In this document: piece after piece, positions 62,901 to 64,000 of the stretch
Layout: each line of letters starts with the position of its first letter
Numbering within the stretch: the stretch's first letter is position 1
NCBI GenBank assembly: GCA_037133395.1
Contig: JBAXOG010000006.1
Coordinates: 1,036 to 65,035, forward strand
Length of the DNA: 64,000 bases
DNA from: a bacterium
GTDB taxonomy: Bacteria; Verrucomicrobiota; Kiritimatiellia; RFP12; UBA1067
Direction: 5' to 3'
Position numbers and translations under genes: made by a program
Notes under the pieces: model-generated
What the model saw: only the letters and a program-made list of their open reading frames with translations
The model's database searches: none
Told to the model about the DNA's origin: nothing

Positions 62901-64000
62901 ATTACAACGGGACGAACACAGCGTATCGGGTGAACGTGGTGGGTGTCGGATTAGACGGTGGCATTGCTCTGACGACCAACACGCTGCTCTACGGCGCGAC
63001 CTACGCGGGCACGAACCCGGTGGCGCAGAGCGTGGATCTGACGAATGTCGGGGGAAGCGGCTTCACCTACACGAATGTGATTGCCTACGGCTCGGGCGCG
63101 TTGGCGTGGCTGAGTGCGCGGCCGGCGGCCGGCACGGTCGAGGCCTCCGCTTCGACGAACCTCGCCTTTACGGCCAATATCACGAATCTGAACGCGGGAA
63201 CCTACACCGCCACCAACTTTGTGACCGCCGCCGACGCGACCAACTCGCCGCAGAGCGTGGTAGTTACGCTGACGGTGGCCAAAGCGGCTCAGACCGTAAA
63301 CTTCGCAAACATTGGCGATCAGCTTACGACGAACATCGTGACCTTGAGCGCTGCCGCAACATCTGGTTTGAACGTGACAAACTTTAGCGTGGTCAGTGGC
63401 TCTGCCTTAATCAGCGAGGGCACCAACCTGACCTTCACGGGCGCAGGCAGTGTGAGTGTCGTGGCGGAGCAAGCTGGCGACGGAAACTGGAATCCGGCGG
63501 TCAGCGAGACCAATACCTTCACGGTCAGCCTGGCCGAACAGGCGGTGCTGACGTTTAATCCCGCCTCCCCGCAGATTTATGCCACCACCAACACGATCAC
63601 CGCCACGGGCGGATCCGGTGTTGGCATGGTGTCTTATGTCGTGTACTCCGGTCCTGGGACGATCTTCGGGAATGATACGTTCCGATCATCTGGGTTTACA
63701 GGATCGTATAGGCCTCCCGCAGGAGCCAATCTCATTGTCAATTCAGGCACGGGCACAGTGGTCGTCGTGGCCACCAAAGCCGCGAGTGCGTTGTACAATG
63801 TGCAGTCGGTAACCGGTGTCGTGGAGTGCGCTAAGGCACCTGCATCGGTGGGACTGAGCAACACGAACCAGGTCTATAGCGGCGAGGCTAGGGTTGCCAC
63901 GGCGACAACGGTACCTGCAGGGCAAACGGTTGACCTCACGTATGATGGCTCAATAAATGCACCGACGAACGTGGGGGCCTATACTGTCATCGGCATCGTC
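53912..64000 (+). CDS. Giant secreted/cell-surface repeat protein (first 3363 codons; continues beyond right edge)
   Basis: Absent from the ORF track (no stop in frame 2 up to the window end). RBS GGGAGG before ATG 53912, then a signal/anchor. Ig modules start at 54041, 55334, 56621 and ~58388 (PAITxQPISAV...GTGPFxYQWxKDG). Each is followed by ~7 RCC1 blades (HSLFVKADGTLWAMGxNxxGQLGxGT). Two extra Ig-like domains lie at ~57900-58380. Then a choice-of-anchor-D-like domain (~59680-60010), IPT/TIG domains, and a ~48-aa x7 propeller (60293-61270; WTNLGSGVN...LYAGGxFTTAGGV..N.VAKW). It ends in repeated Ig/MBG-like modules. Confidence 0.85.
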   Translation, partial: MKNRLEQQVMRARYSRFLGLGVVGVVFYLSLLLPQSAMAAPGLPAITTQPISAVATVGQLASLSVANSGTGPFNYQWYKDGVRQIGQTNTTLSYTSFAFTASGSYYAVVTSMYGMAISFPATLSVTNAPLQVWGRNDYGQLGNGTTNSVNVPAQVASNVVLTASGQYHSLFVKADSTLWTMGWNPYGALGDGTFSNTNRPIQVASNVVAAAGGYRHSLFVKADGTLWAMGDNTSGQLGAGTATATNQPIMVTNGVVMVAAGDSHSLFVKKDGTLWTMGYNYSGELGNGTTINTNRPIMVASNVVAVAGGNYHSLFVKADGTLWAMGFNTYGQLGNGTVANALSPIQVASNVVGVAGGQYHSLFVKADGMLWGMGRDDNGQLGNGAMLTTTNLPVQVTNSVVAVACGASHSLLAKADGTLWTMGLNAYGQLGNGTLSTSYSPVQVAGGGLLLASLTKGPSYDHSLAIAEVVPPAPPAITAQPISAVVTVGQPTSLSVTNSGTGPFGYQWFKDGVRQTGQTNSTLSYASFAFTNSGSYSVVITNALGMAISLPANLSVTNATLRVWGYNSDGQLGNGTTTHTNLPITVASNVVVAAGGFYHSLFVKADNTLWAMGKNNYGQLGNGTTGGITNIPVQVASNVVTVAAGEYHSLFVKANGTLWTMGRNYYGQLGNNTYNDANQPVQVANNVVAVAGGGEHSLFVKANGTLWTMGYNLAGQLGDGTTAIKISPVLVTSNVVAVGGGTSHSLFMKADGTLWAMGYNYSGQLGDGTTINRSSPVQVASNVMAMASGTDHSLFVKEDGTLWGMGYNAYGQLCNEPSGQISRPVQAASNVVAVAAGFCHSMFVKEDGTLWGMGANSGGLLGNGTTDNAYQPVQVFGLLAASLAKKAGSIHSLAIAEVMPPAPPAITAQPISAVVAVGQAASLSVTNSGTGPFGYQWLKDGVILAGQTNSTLSYTSFQFTDSSSYSVVITNAYGMAISFPASLSIPNAPLRVWGNNVYGQLGNGTNGTGVYALLPITVASNVVATAGGAFHSLFVKADNTLWAMGYNFSGQLGNGTTTDTNRPIAVASNVVATAAGAFHSLFVKADGTLWSMGRNVDGQLGDGTNTNIDRPVQVASNVVAAAGGEFHSLFVKADGTLWAMGANVYGQLGNNTTNNANLPIMVASNVMAVAAGGDQSLFVKADNTLWAMGENSSGQLGNGTTVNESRPIQVTNNVTAVAVGGAHSLFVKADGMLWTMGNNNFGQMGNSITGGSTNQPIQVASNVVMAATGYNHSLFVKADGALWAMGNNTYGQLGNGKTVSTNCPTQVSGGLLTVVLAQAPLAEHSLAIAGAVPVVSVSNQTVTVDQTTNFVAVVTGDGPFTYQWQKNGTNIVNATNASYTVSSAAVSDAGNYAVSVVSPFGTTTSAVATLTVNKATPSVTTWPTASTITFGQTLAASTLSGGTGSVAGVFAFTLPATVPAVGSTSHGVTFTPTDTNSYNSVTSSVSVTAIDPPAISSQPVSAVLTAGQAANLSATHSGTGPFGYQWLKDGVILAGQTNRTLSYTSFAFTNSGSYSVVITNAYGMTISFPASLSVPDAPLQVWGNNVSGQRGDGTNTDTNRPVYVTNNVVVATGGFSHSLFVKADGTLWAMGYNAQGQLGNGTTANTNLPVYVTNNVVAAAGGSGYSLFVKADGTLWAMGQNNYGQLGDGTTANTGTNLPVQVANNVVAAAGGSGHSLFVKADGTLWAMGQNNYGQLGDGTTANTGTNLPVQVANNVVAAACGSGHSLFVKADGTLWAMGWNAAGQMGDGTTNNASLPVQVANNVVVATGGRLHSLFVKADGTLWAMGNNVWGQLGNGTNTETNRPVYVTNNVAAAAGGYQHSLFVKADGTLWTMGYNNKGQLGNGTTDSTNLPVQVTGLLVASLAKEPQASHSLAIAEILLPDLQVLGTNGTEIESGSGVSPLNGTQFAPILPGATVTNTLSITNNGMSLLTISGAGVQGAGFRVQGIPATVSVGAVSSFDVVFNPDAVGSFTSTLSISNNSPTAVYTVNLAGSCYQLSANSGPYVGGNTITVTNGTFGTITHVLVGGVQATITGSGTTWFTITLPAAGSAGVKDIVVQTSNNGDITLTGAYTVNPAGVIGLPAGPSVWTNLSSGVDVAVQALAPDANGDLYVGGLFANAGGKAASRIAKWNASSGTWTNLGSGVNGVVRVLAYDGANLYVGGEFTTAGGVTANRVAKWTASSGTWTNLGSGMNDTVFTLAHDGTNLYAGGYFTTADGVTVNKVAKWNGTSWTNLGSGVNTYVYALAHDGTNLYAGGYFTTAGGVSANNVAMWNGTSWTNLAGGVNGNAYALTHDGTNLYAGGSFTTAGGLGATRMAKWNGTSWTNMGSGTSGDVMALSHDGANLYAGGSFTTAGGVTVNRVAKWDTLSGIWTNMGAGMDISVYALAQNGANLYAGGGFTTAGGVAANRVAKWGPTFPADLGVTPSSGSWVGGYSVVISGTNLCDGTMGDVTNVTLCGVSATVTAVNGSTQIVVTAGVSGVTGLGDVRVFSTSFGTTIKSNAFEYLRVEQVSLVFTPASPQTFGTTNALSVSGGSGTGAVSYDVLSGPGQIVGGTSLVMTGGVGTVQVRALKAQDNLYFVTSITSGVTAAKASQSISFANPGAQLTTNSVGLAATASSGLVPTFSVVSGAASISEGTNLIFTTAGNVSVVAAQGGDGNWNSATSVTNTFTVSLTEQATMTFSSLVSPQIYATTNTISAIGGSGTGLVSYAVQSGPGTILGTGPTFRFIVLGMSGVKLVVNSGTGTVVVVATRAASALYSAQSITGLVNCAKAEQGITFTGFSDQFWTNQLLLAATASSSLGVAFTVASGPALISNNTNLSFTGYGTVGIAAAQTGNENYKAASSVTNFIPVLGPQLAVLGTNSAVVANSNVVSIADGTDFGACVIGKSTVTNQFVVRNIGNAPAGISGVTMTGLGANSFELVSPPPFATTIDGDDVSFKLAFQPRAGGLQTAVFTIYYNGTNTAYRVNVVGVGLDGGIALTTNTLLYGATYAGTNPVAQSVDLTNVGGSGFTYTNVIAYGSGALAWLSARPAAGTVEASASTNLAFTANITNLNAGTYTATNFVTAADATNSPQSVVVTLTVAKAAQTVNFANIGDQLTTNIVTLSAAATSGLNVTNFSVVSGSALISEGTNLTFTGAGSVSVVAEQAGDGNWNPAVSETNTFTVSLAEQAVLTFNPASPQIYATTNTITATGGSGVGMVSYVVYSGPGTIFGNDTFRSSGFTGSYRPPAGANLIVNSGTGTVVVVATKAASALYNVQSVTGVVECAKAPASVGLSNTNQVYSGEARVATATTVPAGQTVDLTYDGSINAPTNVGAYTVIGIV
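58891..59190 (+). repeat. Near-identical 150-bp tandem duplication (two RCC1 blades) inside the giant gene
   Basis: 58891-59040 versus 59041-59190 shows 6 mismatches in 150 bp by my alignment. Both encode ...GGSGxSLFVKADGTLWAMGQNNYGQLGDGTTANTGTNLPVQVANNVVAAA... Confidence 0.9.

Overview
64-kb window from a bacterium that looks PVC-like (Verrucomicrobia/Planctomycetes). That placement is inferred only from gene content: TAT-signal Gfo/Idh/MocA oxidoreductase, a giant Ig/RCC1 surface protein, and composite intergenic palindromes.

Gene order, left to right:
- 5' part of a B12-binding radical-SAM RiPP maturase. It runs off the left edge and is missing from the ORF track.
- A PAS hybrid histidine kinase.
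- A three-gene accessory patch: RayT-like HUH/Y1 transposase, XRE-like HTH protein, and a possible Whirly-like ssDNA binder.
- cysK.
- A ~12.7-kb, seven-gene, translationally coupled type I R-M operon on the minus strand: hsdM, AlbA_2/Schlafen-like wHTH protein, orphan wHTH, hsdS, KAP P-loop NTPase, hsdR, DUF45 metallohydrolase.
- The rest of a sulfur-assimilation regulon that this island splits from cysK: Rrf2 regulator plus two Cys/Met PLP enzymes, divergent from sbp-cysT-cysW-cysA-cysH-cysD-cysN(C*)-sir.
- An MmeI-like single-chain Type IIL R-M enzyme, TPR lipoprotein, wrbA, M20 peptidase, and a DoxX fusion.
- A secreted glycan-degradation cluster (SGNH, GH43-like, GH106-like, beta-helix/PKD), S46 peptidase, AraC regulator, Gfo/Idh/MocA oxidoreductase, and a URO-D-family protein.
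- The first 3363 codons of a giant surface protein that runs off the right edge and is also missing from the track. It has 4 x [Ig + 7-blade RCC1 propeller], another propeller, and IPT/Ig-like modules.

Most interesting:
1. The non-canonical type I R-M operon. A compositionally foreign KAP NTPase sits in the PrrC slot between hsdS and hsdR, and a Schlafen-type AlbA_2 protein sits between hsdM and hsdS. This is a candidate R-M-guarded second-line defence module.
2. Several families of composite palindromic (REP/BIME-like) elements. They fill nearly every spacer of the cys operon, and one lies in-frame inside hsdM.
3. A shared 11-mer candidate Rrf2 operator in the cysK and met/sbp promoters.

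No rRNA, tRNA, CRISPR array or integrase was recognised. All calls rest on motif recognition by eye; no searches were run.
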